A stretch of DNA of 64,000 nucleotides from Chthoniobacterales bacterium (lineage in GTDB: Bacteria; Verrucomicrobiota; Verrucomicrobiia; Chthoniobacterales; Chthoniobacteraceae). Shown here one piece after another: positions 27,467-36,746 of the stretch (position 1 is the stretch's first letter; every line of letters starts with the position of its first letter). The position numbers and the translations under genes are program-made. The notes below the pieces were generated by a model. The model saw only the letters and a program-made list of their open reading frames with translations. It did no database searches and was not told the origin of the DNA. The DNA lies in contig JBBQZX010000006.1 of NCBI GenBank assembly GCA_038207335.1, positions 139,984 through 203,983 of the forward strand, given 5' to 3'.

Positions 27467-30214
27467 TCAGTTGATGAGTTGAAATTCCGGCAGGTTCACC
27501 ACGGCCCACAAGAAGTCAGCGACTGCGGTCGGTTGCGGTGCCGCGCCGATCATTTCCAGCGCAACGGCTCTCTCCGTATCGCTCGGCGGGCGATCCAGAA
27601 GTTGTCGATACGTCTCGTCGATCCATGCCGCTGGATCGCGCTGTGCGACTGGTGCCATTTGTGTGCCGGCGGTGTCGAGTTGATGGTCGAGCGTTCCTCC
27701 GTTTGTGAGTTCCAGCGCTTGCAGCGTCGTCGCGGCGGTCGCGCGCGCAGGGACGACTTGCTCCCGATTCGGCCGATCGAGCGCCGTCTGTAGCGGATCG
27801 CTGGCGACGAGCGACGCCCGCATTTCACCAACGTGTGTTGCGATCGAAAGCGCAGGTGCGAGCCGGGGACCGAGTTCGACTGGCTGGTTCGCAAAATCAT
27901 TTCGCGCGATCGGCTCAAGACCCGGCCCTTCGTCGATTGGCGAAGTACCCGGTGCGAGAGCCTTCGCCAAAGCCCATCGGTCGTCGGGCAGCGTGACGCT
28001 GTTCCACTTCACCTCGGGATTCCGCCGCGCGCGCCATGTCGCATCGCTCGTCACTTCAAGACTTTCCTCATCGTCGAATTTACAACGCAGATAAAAAGCA
28101 AGGCCGCTCTGCTTGTTGAGATGCTCCGCCGACCCCGGAAATTTCTTCCGCTCCGCGTCGTTCATGGATTTCTCGGTGTGGCTCGAGACTTCGATTGCGA
28201 TGACATTCTTCCCGACGATTAGCAGCGGCTCGAGATCGAGCAGCACGATTCGCCCGTTTCGCGACCCGTCCCGCATGATCGGATTCGCCACTTTGCCATT
28301 CACCTGCACGCTGAATCCCTGGCTCGCGAGCGCGGTGGCGTAAGCCCGCGTCGGCTTCTTGGCGAGCGTGAGTTCTTTTCGAAAAACGACCGGATGTCGC
28401 AACCCAACCGTCTCATCCTCGCTCGCCTTCAGCTCCACCTGCGCTGCGCTGGCCGCGGCCGCCGATTGCTCCGCGAGTGCCCGTGCCTGCTCGATCTGAG
28501 GACCTCCGGCTTCTGCTGCTGCGAGTGCCGCAGTCTGCGCCGCCGCGAGAGATTTCATCGCGCGTTCAAGCTGGGTCTTCGCGTTCCGTGCCGCGCCGCG
28601 CTGTCCGCCGAGCGCGACCGGCTCGTCGGTCCAAATCCACTGCGGCGTATTTGCATCGCTGTGACCAAAGTCGAATTCCAGCGAACTCGGCAGACGCGCC
28701 CACTTTCCCGAGAGTCCGCTCAGCGCGTCGGCAAACTGTTCCGCTGTCAGCCGTCGCGTCAGTGGGCCGCGAAAGACGAACGCCTCTTTTTCTCGCGGCG
28801 ATTCCACGGCGGGGAGTTGGTACGCATTCGAGGTGAGGATGATTTCGAGCGTGCGCTTCAGGTCGTATTTGTGCGCCACGAGGTCCTCGGCGAGCCAGTC
28901 GAGCAGGTCGCGATTCCACGCCGGCTGATCCATGTCATCCAGCGGCTCCACGAGTCCGCGGCCCAGCAGCCGCGCCCACAGGCGGTTCACGATCGTCCGC
29001 GGGAGCCGCCCATTTTCGCGGCTCGTCATGATCTCCGCGAGCCGCTGCAGCCGCGCCGGTTTCGCGGCGCTCGCATCGATCGCGCCGAGCGCCGGATAGA
29101 GAAATGCGGGCGTCGCTTTCTTCCCGGTCGGCTTGTCGCAATGAACCAGCTCCAGCTCCGCATCGCTGTAAACCGCGGCCAGCCCGTACGCATCCGAGAG
29201 CGCCCAGTCGTTCACGAAGCTGTCGTGGCACGAGGCGCACTTGATGTTCACGCCCATGAAAACCTGCGAGACGTTTTGCGACGCCTGCATCGGCGGCGAC
29301 ATCGCGGCGTTCACATTTCCGCGCCACAAGATGCCCCGCGTGAAGCCCTCGCTCGCCGCGCTCGGATTCACGAGCTGCGCCACGAAGCGGTCGTAAGGCA
29401 GGTCCTCGAACAGCGCGGAATAAAGCCACAGCGAGATCTGCCGCCGCCCGCCGTCGATGTATCCGGTGCCCGCGTAATCGTTGCGCAGCAGGTCGTTCCA
29501 AAAGGTGATCCAGTGATCCGTGTAGCCGCGCCGGTCGGCGAGCAGCGTGCGCACCAGCGTCTCCCGCTTGTCCGGCGCGGCGTCGGCGGTGAAAGTGGCG
29601 AGCTGTTCCGGCGACGGGAGCAGGCCGATCGTGTCGAGCGATGCGCGGCGCAGAAATAGGCGATCCTCCACCGGGGCGGGCGGCGCGATCCCATGCGCCG
29701 CAAAATACGGCGCGAGCAGCCGGTCGATCGGATTGTTCTCCGGCGCGTCAGGCAGCGCGACTTCGCGCGGATGCAGATTCTGCGGCTCCGGTTTTGCAAA
29801 AGTGATCGCCGGGTCCCACGGCATCTGCTGATCGATCCACGCGCGCAAAAGCCCGACCTGCTCCGGCGTCCACTTCGTCCCCTTCTTCGGCATCACCTCA
29901 TCCGGGTCTGTGCCCGCCACGAGATCCACCACCGAGCTCTTCGCGCTCTCCCCGGGCACCACCGCCGCCCCACTTTCGCCCCCCTTCAGAAACGCCTCGC
30001 GCGTCTCCAGGCTGAAGTCCCCCTTCGCCTTCCCCTTCGCGTGACACTTCACGCAAGTCGTCTCCAGCAGCGGCTTGATCTCCTTCACAAAATCCACCAC
30101 ATGCCCCGCCGCCGGAGGCAGCCCCCGCCCTGCAACCTTCTCCCCATCAGCATCCGCAGCCCGTGCCGCGACGAACAACAGGAGGAGACCGATGAAAATG
30201 CGGGGAGTCTTCAT
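27467..30214 (-). CDS. Planctomycete cytochrome c / DUF1549 / DUF1553 (PSD1) domain protein
   Basis: Signal from ATG 30214, VDFVKEIKPLLETTCVKCH, NPIDRLL, LRRASLDTIGLLPS, CASCHD, IVNRLWARLLGRGLVEP and LQALELTNG. Confidence 0.92.
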   Translation of the reverse strand: MKTPRIFIGLLLLFVAARAADADGEKVAGRGLPPAAGHVVDFVKEIKPLLETTCVKCHAKGKAKGDFSLETREAFLKGGESGAAVVPGESAKSSVVDLVAGTDPDEVMPKKGTKWTPEQVGLLRAWIDQQMPWDPAITFAKPEPQNLHPREVALPDAPENNPIDRLLAPYFAAHGIAPPAPVEDRLFLRRASLDTIGLLPSPEQLATFTADAAPDKRETLVRTLLADRRGYTDHWITFWNDLLRNDYAGTGYIDGGRRQISLWLYSALFEDLPYDRFVAQLVNPSAASEGFTRGILWRGNVNAAMSPPMQASQNVSQVFMGVNIKCASCHDSFVNDWALSDAYGLAAVYSDAELELVHCDKPTGKKATPAFLYPALGAIDASAAKPARLQRLAEIMTSRENGRLPRTIVNRLWARLLGRGLVEPLDDMDQPAWNRDLLDWLAEDLVAHKYDLKRTLEIILTSNAYQLPAVESPREKEAFVFRGPLTRRLTAEQFADALSGLSGKWARLPSSLEFDFGHSDANTPQWIWTDEPVALGGQRGAARNAKTQLERAMKSLAAAQTAALAAAEAGGPQIEQARALAEQSAAAASAAQVELKASEDETVGLRHPVVFRKELTLAKKPTRAYATALASQGFSVQVNGKVANPIMRDGSRNGRIVLLDLEPLLIVGKNVIAIEVSSHTEKSMNDAERKKFPGSAEHLNKQSGLAFYLRCKFDDEESLEVTSDATWRARRNPEVKWNSVTLPDDRWALAKALAPGTSPIDEGPGLEPIARNDFANQPVELGPRLAPALSIATHVGEMRASLVASDPLQTALDRPNREQVVPARATAATTLQALELTNGGTLDHQLDTAGTQMAPVAQRDPAAWIDETYRQLLDRPPSDTERAVALEMIGAAPQPTAVADFLWAVVNLPEFQLIN

Positions 30215-30289
30215 GCAGGGAAAGCGCACCAAAACTACCACAAGCCAGCCATCCCGAAACAGGCAAACGCCAAATCGAAGCCCCGCGCC

Positions 30290-30540
30290 GACCAAATCTG
30301 GATCGCCGGGACACTCACCTTTCTCCTTCTTCGCCTCTTCCCCTGGCTCCGGGAGCTGCAGCAGCAGAGCCGCGACTTGCCTCTCCAGCCGATCCGCCCC
30401 CTCGATCTTCGCCGCATCCCGAAACGGTTCGGCGGCCTTCAACGTTGCCAGCGCGCTCAGCAGAAACTCCAGCGCCACCGCCGGATCACCTTCATGCGCA
30501 TGCACGCGGCCGACCTAATAAAGGCCGTCCGCTCGCATCG
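30290..30540 (-). pseudogene. Possible remnant of a helical (TPR-like) protein gene
   Basis: Reads MRADGLY*VGRVHAHEGDPAVALEFLLSALATLKAAEPF…LERQVAALLLQLPEP with an in-frame TAG at 30515-30517. Protein-like, but the family is uncertain. Confidence 0.3.
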
Positions 30541-30580
30541 ACAAACCGGTCCACTCAGTCAGCGGCCCCGGGTGCCTCCA

Positions 30581-31139
30581 TTACCGCCCCCACCGCCCTC
30601 CGCTTCTTTTGCGCCTGTGCCTCGCCCTAGGCACGAGGATGCTTATTTCGACTAAGAATTTCCACCACTTCTTAGGTCTCGGCGGTTTGGCGACGGCGGC
30701 GACATCGCCTGCCTTCCACGAGGCGAAACGCGAATCAATGACGGGCCGAATGAGCCCATAAGTGTCGTCGTTGAAAGGGATGTGATATTCGGATGGCAAT
30801 GTGCCCTTTCAGCGTGTCGGTCAGATCGTCAATGTAGCGTCCCCGGTCATAGTCGAAGTAGGCTTCCGCGAAGGCGTTGCCCTCCTCGTTGAGCCCGTCG
30901 CTGATAAGACACCCGTCCAGATTATTCTCGAAATACTCCAGCGCACTCAGTCGAGCCCCACGCACAGCTTCGTATTCTTCCGGCTCCTCCGTGCGAAGCC
31001 ACTCGCTGATGAGGTCGTGCTCGATCAGCCATCGGAAGAAGAAGACAATGTGATGAGATGCGTGGGACACCGGGAGCCCGTAGTCGCTTACTGTGTCAGA
31101 ATGCCACTTGGCTTTGTCGTACGCTTTGTTCTTAGACAT
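30581..31139 (-). pseudogene. Frameshifted small acidic protein gene (YDKAKWH N-terminus, KKWWKF near the C-terminus), possibly immunity-type
   Basis: ORF 30735..31139 and ORF 30581..30799 join into one coherent protein (…YIDDLTDTLKG/TLPSEYHIPFNDDTYGLIRPVIDSRFASWK…KKWWKF) if one G is removed from AAAGGGC near 30805. GC is low (27/60 in 31081-31140). Confidence 0.7.
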
Positions 31140-31200
31140 CGGGGTTTAGTTTTATAGCGGAAGGACAAAGTTTTAACGAACACTGCGGATCTCCGGCCAG

Positions 31201-31360
31201 CTAGGGAGTGGGAGGCGGCGTCTCCGGCTCCCCGGGGTCGGCCATATAGACTTACGCCCCACCCGCGGCATTTCGCCCGCCGGGAACTGGCGTCGGGGTC
31301 TTTGCGGTAGAAGTAATCCACCGTGTCGCAGAGGTCCACGGGCAGGTTGGCCGTGGGCCC
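31201..31360 (-). pseudogene. Orphan 3' fragment of a hypothetical gene with a frameshift
   Basis: Reads ANLPVDLCDTVDYFYRKDPDASSRRAKCRGWGV/VYMADPGEPETPPPTP* after removing one A near 31252. No credible start precedes it. Confidence 0.5.
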
Positions 31361-31392
31361 GCTTGGGAACGAGTCCGGGCCCAAGCCCTCCC

Positions 31393-32679
31393 TCAGCCGC
31401 CCGCGCGAAGGTTCATAGCGGGCGCGGACGTGGCGGCGGCGGGTGCGTTGGCGCGAGGTGCGAGGTGCGGGAGCGGTGGCGGTGGCGGCGCGAGGCGGCG
31501 CACCGGCTCGGGCGCCTTCGGCGTGCTGAGGCGGAAGCCGTGCGGCGTCTGGTCGTCGAGACCGGCGTTTTTCTTCGCGCGATCGAGGACCTGCCGCATC
31601 GTCGTCTTATTCACGGAGTAAAGCATCGCGTTTTCCTCCGTGACCCTGCCCGCCTTGAAGTGCTCCTCGATGTCCTGCTCGAAGCTGTGCCAGCCGAGCG
31701 TGACGCCCGCCTCGATCGCCTCGTGCATGTTGCGATTTTCACTCTCGCCGAGCTGGATGATCTCGCGCGTCCGCAGATTGCTCCCCGCGATTTCCGTGAG
31801 CAATTGCCGCCCGCCGCCGACCTTTGGCGCGAGCCGCTGGCTCACGATGTAGCGCAGCGTCGATGACAGCCGCTCGCGAATCTGCGCCTGCTCCGACTGC
31901 TCGAACATGCCGACGATACGGTTGATGGACTGCCCCGCGCTGATCGTGTGGAGCGTGGAATAGACGACGTGTCCGGTCTCCGCGGCGGTGAGGGCGATTT
32001 CCATGGTCTCGCGGTCGCGGATTTCACCGACCAGGATGACTTTCGGCGCCTGTCGCAGCGCGGCTCGGAGGCCCATGGAGAAAGAGGAGTAGTCCTTCCC
32101 GAGTTCGCGCTGGCTGAAAGTCGCGCGGCACTGTGGGTGCATGAACTCGACCGGGTCCTCGAGCGTGACGACGTGCATCCGCGAGGTCTGGTTGATCTCA
32201 TTCAGCATGGCCGCGAGCGTGGTCGTCTTGCCGGAGCCCGTCGCGCCGGTGCAGAAAATGATGCCATTTTTCTCGCGGATCATCTGGCCGAAAACGGGCG
32301 GCAGATTCAGGTCGGTGAAGGACGGGATTTTCGTCGAGAGCTTCCGCATGACGATGGCGTGCCGTCCGATTTGGCGAAAAATATTCACACGAAACCGCGC
32401 CGCGCCCGCCACCTCGTAGCTCGTGTCGCACGACCCATTCTCCTGGAAATCCTTCAGGAGCCGCGCGTTGTCGCCCATCATCGTCTCGGCAAAATGCCGC
32501 GTCTGCTCCGCGCGCAGAACCGGCATGAGGCCGGGGATTTCGACAGGCGTCAGCTCGCCATCGATCTCGACCTGTGGCGGCTGCCCCGTCACGAAAAGCA
32601 AATCCGATGTGCCGCGCCCTCCGGCCTCCAGCATGGTTTTGATCACGTCGTCGAACGGCACTTGCGGGATGGTTTCCAT
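31393..32679 (-). CDS. pilT: PilT/PilU family type IV pilus retraction ATPase
   Basis: RFRVNIF, GATGSGKTT, TLEDPVE, AALRQAPKVILVGEIRD, AETGHVVYSTLH and a Pro/Ala-rich tail. Confidence 0.9.
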   Translation of the reverse strand: METIPQVPFDDVIKTMLEAGGRGTSDLLFVTGQPPQVEIDGELTPVEIPGLMPVLRAEQTRHFAETMMGDNARLLKDFQENGSCDTSYEVAGAARFRVNIFRQIGRHAIVMRKLSTKIPSFTDLNLPPVFGQMIREKNGIIFCTGATGSGKTTTLAAMLNEINQTSRMHVVTLEDPVEFMHPQCRATFSQRELGKDYSSFSMGLRAALRQAPKVILVGEIRDRETMEIALTAAETGHVVYSTLHTISAGQSINRIVGMFEQSEQAQIRERLSSTLRYIVSQRLAPKVGGGRQLLTEIAGSNLRTREIIQLGESENRNMHEAIEAGVTLGWHSFEQDIEEHFKAGRVTEENAMLYSVNKTTMRQVLDRAKKNAGLDDQTPHGFRLSTPKAPEPVRRLAPPPPPLPHLAPRANAPAAATSAPAMNLRAGG

Positions 32680-32829
32680 ATTCTCCTCCGCCTAAGCAGC
32701 CTGCGTTCCCGCTTCAAAGAAATCGCGCAGCACTCATTCGGGGCGGCCGGAGTAAGGATGAGATGCGCGAGTCGAGCCCGCTTCCCGCCAAGGTTATCCC
32801 TTTCTTTCCAACGCTCGCTTTTCTAGAAG

Positions 32830-34128
32830 ATGGGGCACATGTCCGCGCCGGGAGTTATTGCAATCGTCCACCCGCCGCTCCCACTGCTGTTGGCGATCGC
32901 GGTCGCGAGTTATCTGCTCGTGATGCTCACGAATCCTGTGCGCATCAGCCTTCGCGATGGATTCCGCGCAATTCGTCGCTATCGGATGCTGTGGGTCACA
33001 CTCGGCATTTTCGGATTCTGCAATGCGCTCTTCGCTCTCGCACAGCGCGTCTATTTTCACGCCGTCCTCCCCGAGACGGAGCGCCCGATTTTCCTCTGGA
33101 TGCGCGATGCGTGGCGCGACCCGGCACTGCGCTGGACGGGGTCGTCAGAGTCGGTCTGGTTTCTGCCGCACGGCGACTTCGTGCAGGCGATGCGCGATGC
33201 TGTGGTGCCCGCTCTCGAGAGCCTCGCGGGCATCTTCAATTGCCTCGTCGCCACCTTCCCGCTTTCCGCGCTCGCCGCTGTGCTGCTGCTCGTGAATTGG
33301 GACGGACACCACGCCGTTCTGTTCCGTGCGCTGCGCCGACGCTTCGGACATTTCGGCTGGGTGGTGCATGCCGCGATCCTGCTGTGCGCTGTCGCTGCCA
33401 TCGCGAAACCCTTTATCTATGCGGCTCCCCAGTTCCTCGCCGCGCGTGGCGCGAGTGCGGAGGCTGTCGCCGTATGGTTCCAGTGGGCGCCCGTGGCCGC
33501 GTGGTTGTCGTTCCTGTTCGAGTATCTCTTCGGCGTCTGCATCCAGATTTACCTCATCCTGTTTGCCTACATCTGGGTGCGCGGCCTCACCTTCACGCAC
33601 AGCACGCTGCTCGATGTCGCCATCCGCCGATTCAGCTTCGTGGTAAAGTGGGCCTCCATCGTGATGCTGCTCAGTACGGTGTGCATCGACGCGCCTCTCA
33701 TCCTGAAAAACTTTCCGCTATTCGCGTCGTGGTTTCCTGAGAAGGAGCTCTTCGATTCGCGGCTGAATGTGGCCCGCGCGGCTCTCGCACTTTTCCTCCT
33801 GCTGAGCACGACGATGCAGATCATGCTCACTTTCCACAACGAATCGTGGCGTCGTGCGATGCGCGACCATCTGCGCTTCGTCGTGCGAAATGCGTGGCCG
33901 CTGGCGTGGTTCCTCGCCCTCGCCGGCATTCACCTTTTCGCGCTCTACGCGGGCGACTTCGCTCTTCGTGCGGGCATCGGGGAGGGGACCGCGCTGTGGG
34001 TCGTGTGGCGGCTCTTATTCCCGTGGCTCGCTGGCTTCGTAATGGCCTGGCTTCTGGCGAGCTGGGTCTGTGTTTTCAAGCACTGCGAGCACGATGCGAC
34101 ACACCCGTCGCAAGGCGTCACTTTCTGA
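32830..34128 (+). CDS. Polytopic membrane protein of unknown function
   Basis: About ten hydrophobic segments over 432 aa. Its stop overlaps the next start (TGATG at 34126-34130). Confidence 0.8.
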   Translation: MGHMSAPGVIAIVHPPLPLLLAIAVASYLLVMLTNPVRISLRDGFRAIRRYRMLWVTLGIFGFCNALFALAQRVYFHAVLPETERPIFLWMRDAWRDPALRWTGSSESVWFLPHGDFVQAMRDAVVPALESLAGIFNCLVATFPLSALAAVLLLVNWDGHHAVLFRALRRRFGHFGWVVHAAILLCAVAAIAKPFIYAAPQFLAARGASAEAVAVWFQWAPVAAWLSFLFEYLFGVCIQIYLILFAYIWVRGLTFTHSTLLDVAIRRFSFVVKWASIVMLLSTVCIDAPLILKNFPLFASWFPEKELFDSRLNVARAALALFLLLSTTMQIMLTFHNESWRRAMRDHLRFVVRNAWPLAWFLALAGIHLFALYAGDFALRAGIGEGTALWVVWRLLFPWLAGFVMAWLLASWVCVFKHCEHDATHPSQGVTF

Positions 34129-34787
34129 TGGCACCGCTTCTCGAGGCACGCGACCTCTGCTCCGCGGATCAAGAGCCCACGCCCCTTCGCGGGCTGTCGA
34201 TCGCATTCGCACGCGGCACATTCAGCCTTCTCACGGGCGCTGATGGAGGTGGCAAAAATCGACTCCTCCGGCTGCTCGGATTGTTGGAGATGCCTGCGTC
34301 CGGCGAGGTTTTTTTCGATGGCCGTGCAACTTCTGCGCTCGCGGATTCCGAGCGCGAGCAACTGCGCAATACCCGTTTCGGATACCTCTTCTCATCGCCC
34401 TTCCTTCTCCCCTCCCTGAGCGTCGTGGAGAATGTCGCGATGCCGCTTTTTCGCATCTCGCATTCCGAGCCCGATGAGGCGCGAGTCCGCACCTCGGAGT
34501 TGCTGGAATTCACCCATCTCGCAGACCACTCCATCGCGCGGGTCGGCGACCTTTCACCCGCCGAGCAACAACGCACTGCGCTCGCCCGCGCACTCGCAAA
34601 CCGGCCTGCACTCTTGATCGCCGAGGCAGTCGCGCCCGCCATTGCCGCGCTGCTGCGGCTCGCGTGCGTCCGATTCGACGTCACCGTCATCGCGTCTGTG
34701 CCGCGCGATTTTCCAACCGAGCCCGCTGACCGCGTGATCGAAATCGACGGCGGTGCCGTGCGCGCCCCGCATCCTCTGGACGCATGA
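34128..34787 (+). CDS. ABC ATP-binding-cassette protein, LolD-like, with degenerate catalytic motifs
   Basis: LRLLGLLEMPASGEVFFDG, LRNTRFGYLF, LSVVENVAMPL and ALARALANRPALL. Walker A is GADGGGKN, the signature is LSPAEQQR and Walker B is LLIAEA. Confidence 0.82.
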   Translation: MAPLLEARDLCSADQEPTPLRGLSIAFARGTFSLLTGADGGGKNRLLRLLGLLEMPASGEVFFDGRATSALADSEREQLRNTRFGYLFSSPFLLPSLSVVENVAMPLFRISHSEPDEARVRTSELLEFTHLADHSIARVGDLSPAEQQRTALARALANRPALLIAEAVAPAIAALLRLACVRFDVTVIASVPRDFPTEPADRVIEIDGGAVRAPHPLDA

Positions 34788-35653
34788 CGACTCCCGCCGA
34801 CGCCACGGAAATCACGCGCGCCAGCAAGTCCAATCTCGCCCTCGCCTTCATTGCACTGCCGCCCGAGCGCCGCCATGACATCTCGATCTTTTACGCGTTC
34901 TGCCGCGTCATCGACGACATCGCCGACGACCCCGCGGTACCCGTCGTCGAGCGCCAGCGCGCGCTCGATTTGTGGAAAGAGAGCGTCGCCGCACCACACG
35001 CGCATCAGCCCGCGCTCGCGCCAGTCGTGCGCGACTTGATCGCGAAATACGCGCTCCCGGTCGCGCACTTTCATGAGATCATCGCTGGCTGCGAGATGGA
35101 CCTCGCGCGCGTGAGCTTCGACACATGGGAGGAGCTGCGCGGCTACTGCCACCGCGTCGCCAGCGTGGTCGGCCTCGTGAGCATCGAGATTTTCGGCTAT
35201 CGCGACGCTGGCTGCCGCGACTACGCGCTGGAACTCGGCCTCGCGCTTCAGCTCACGAATATCATGCGCGACGTAGGCCACGACTACGCGAGCGACCGCC
35301 GCATCTACCTGCCGCGCGCGGAACTCGCGCGCTTCGGATACACCGAGAGCGACCTCGCCGCGCGACGGCACACGAGCGAGTTCACCGCGCTCATGGAATT
35401 CCAAGCCGCACGTGCGCACGCGCTCTACCACAACGCCACCGAACTCCTCCCACCCATCGACCAGCGTGCAATGGTCGCTGCGGAGATCATGCGCACCGTC
35501 TATTTCAACATCCTCACGCGCATGGAGCGCGACGGGTTCCAAGTCTTCGAGAAACGCTACCGCCTCTCAAAATTCCGGAAGCTCCTCTGCATCCTGCGCG
35601 TCCTCTTGACACCCGTGCGACTGGTCACGGTGCCCGTGTCGGGACAGCGCTAG
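34784..35653 (+). CDS. hpnD: Squalene/phytoene synthase family, presqualene diphosphate synthase HpnD-like
   Basis: YAFCRVIDDIAD, YCHRVASVVGL, LGLALQLTNIMRDV, RIYLP and AAEIMRTVY. ATGA overlap with the preceding gene. Confidence 0.8.
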   Translation: MTTPADATEITRASKSNLALAFIALPPERRHDISIFYAFCRVIDDIADDPAVPVVERQRALDLWKESVAAPHAHQPALAPVVRDLIAKYALPVAHFHEIIAGCEMDLARVSFDTWEELRGYCHRVASVVGLVSIEIFGYRDAGCRDYALELGLALQLTNIMRDVGHDYASDRRIYLPRAELARFGYTESDLAARRHTSEFTALMEFQAARAHALYHNATELLPPIDQRAMVAAEIMRTVYFNILTRMERDGFQVFEKRYRLSKFRKLLCILRVLLTPVRLVTVPVSGQR

Positions 35654-36630
35654 TATTCTGCGAGGATGGGCCAGTGAAACCACACGGCGATCTCTTCGCC
35701 GAGGATGCTGGCGCCGAGATATTTCTCGGCGACGGCGACGGTGGGTGAACTGAGGCCGTAGGCATTCGCGACGAATTGAGCCGCGACTGATAGGCCGAAG
35801 CCGGAGCCAGTGCTGGAGACGCCGTCCTTGAAAAGTGTGGCGAGGTCGATGTCGCGGAGGCGCTGTGAATCGGCGGCGCTGAGAGAATTGATGAGGATGA
35901 TTCGGAGATTTTCGCCGTCGGTGTCGGGGACGGGGAGGAGCACGAGCCGCAAGGTGTCGTCGGCGACGTGCCGGCAGGCGTTGTTGAGGAGATTGTAGAG
36001 GATGCGGTCGAGCGCGCCGAACTCGACGCAGCACTCGGAGATGGCGACATGCTCGGGGCACTCGACGCGGATGTAGATGTCGCGTTCGTGGTAGTGAACG
36101 ACGGAGCCGTCGTGCTTTGCGGCGAGCATCCGGGTGTCGTGAACTTTGTGCGTGAGGTCATCGGCGCGCTTCGCATCATCGAGCTCGAGGAGTGCGTTGC
36201 GCATGATTTTAAGATGATCACGCGTGAGGAAGTGGAGGGCATCGAGCCCGGCGGTGCTATCGTCGGAGTCGAGAAAATCGAGCTGCCCTATCAGCGATGT
36301 GAGGCCGCCGCCTCGGATGTCGTGGATCGTTTTCGCGAGGAGCGGAGAAGGGTTCGCGCGGTAGCTCGCAGTGCCCATTTGGGTGGCGAGTTCGACGAGG
36401 GAATCAACGGATTGCTCGCGGAGGAGCCCGAGCACTGCGAAACGACGATCTTCGCCGCTGCGCGTTCGGACGAGAGCGAAAAGGCGCTCGAGGAAGCGAT
36501 AGAGTTCTCGAATGCGGTGCTGGTCACCGGGCTCAAAGGCGCTCATTGCGATGCACAAGTCATCGCCGAGGTAACGGCGGGTGCGGTGATTGATGAGATT
36601 GAGAGGAGCGAGAGCGCGAAGATTTTCCAT
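35650..36630 (-). CDS. Soluble atypical histidine kinase / HATPase domain protein
   Basis: H-box-like TIHDIRGG, N box DRILYNLLNNACRH and G2-like LFKDGVSSTGSGFGL. No TM segment and no DxGxG G1 box. Confidence 0.75.
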   Translation of the reverse strand: MENLRALAPLNLINHRTRRYLGDDLCIAMSAFEPGDQHRIRELYRFLERLFALVRTRSGEDRRFAVLGLLREQSVDSLVELATQMGTASYRANPSPLLAKTIHDIRGGGLTSLIGQLDFLDSDDSTAGLDALHFLTRDHLKIMRNALLELDDAKRADDLTHKVHDTRMLAAKHDGSVVHYHERDIYIRVECPEHVAISECCVEFGALDRILYNLLNNACRHVADDTLRLVLLPVPDTDGENLRIILINSLSAADSQRLRDIDLATLFKDGVSSTGSGFGLSVAAQFVANAYGLSSPTVAVAEKYLGASILGEEIAVWFHWPILAEY

Positions 36631-36746
36631 ATCCTGCAGACAGTGAGGGGCACGAGGACCACGAACCCACTACATGGGCAATCGCAATCAATACTCCTCG
36701 TGGACGCGCGGCATTCCTAGTCGTCCGACTTCTGCCGGGTACGGCG

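Noticed and set aside
30214..30505. N-terminal extensions in the ORF track (PSD1 to 30505; also sulfatase to 7571, S9 peptidase to 47053, site-2 protease to 51517)
   Set aside because: Signal peptides or gene overlaps point to the downstream starts used above.
30795..30815. Programmed ribosomal frameshift at AAAGGG in the split gene
   Set aside because: It is not a canonical slippery heptamer, no clear stimulatory structure is present, and neighbouring remnants carry similar lesions, which favours decay.
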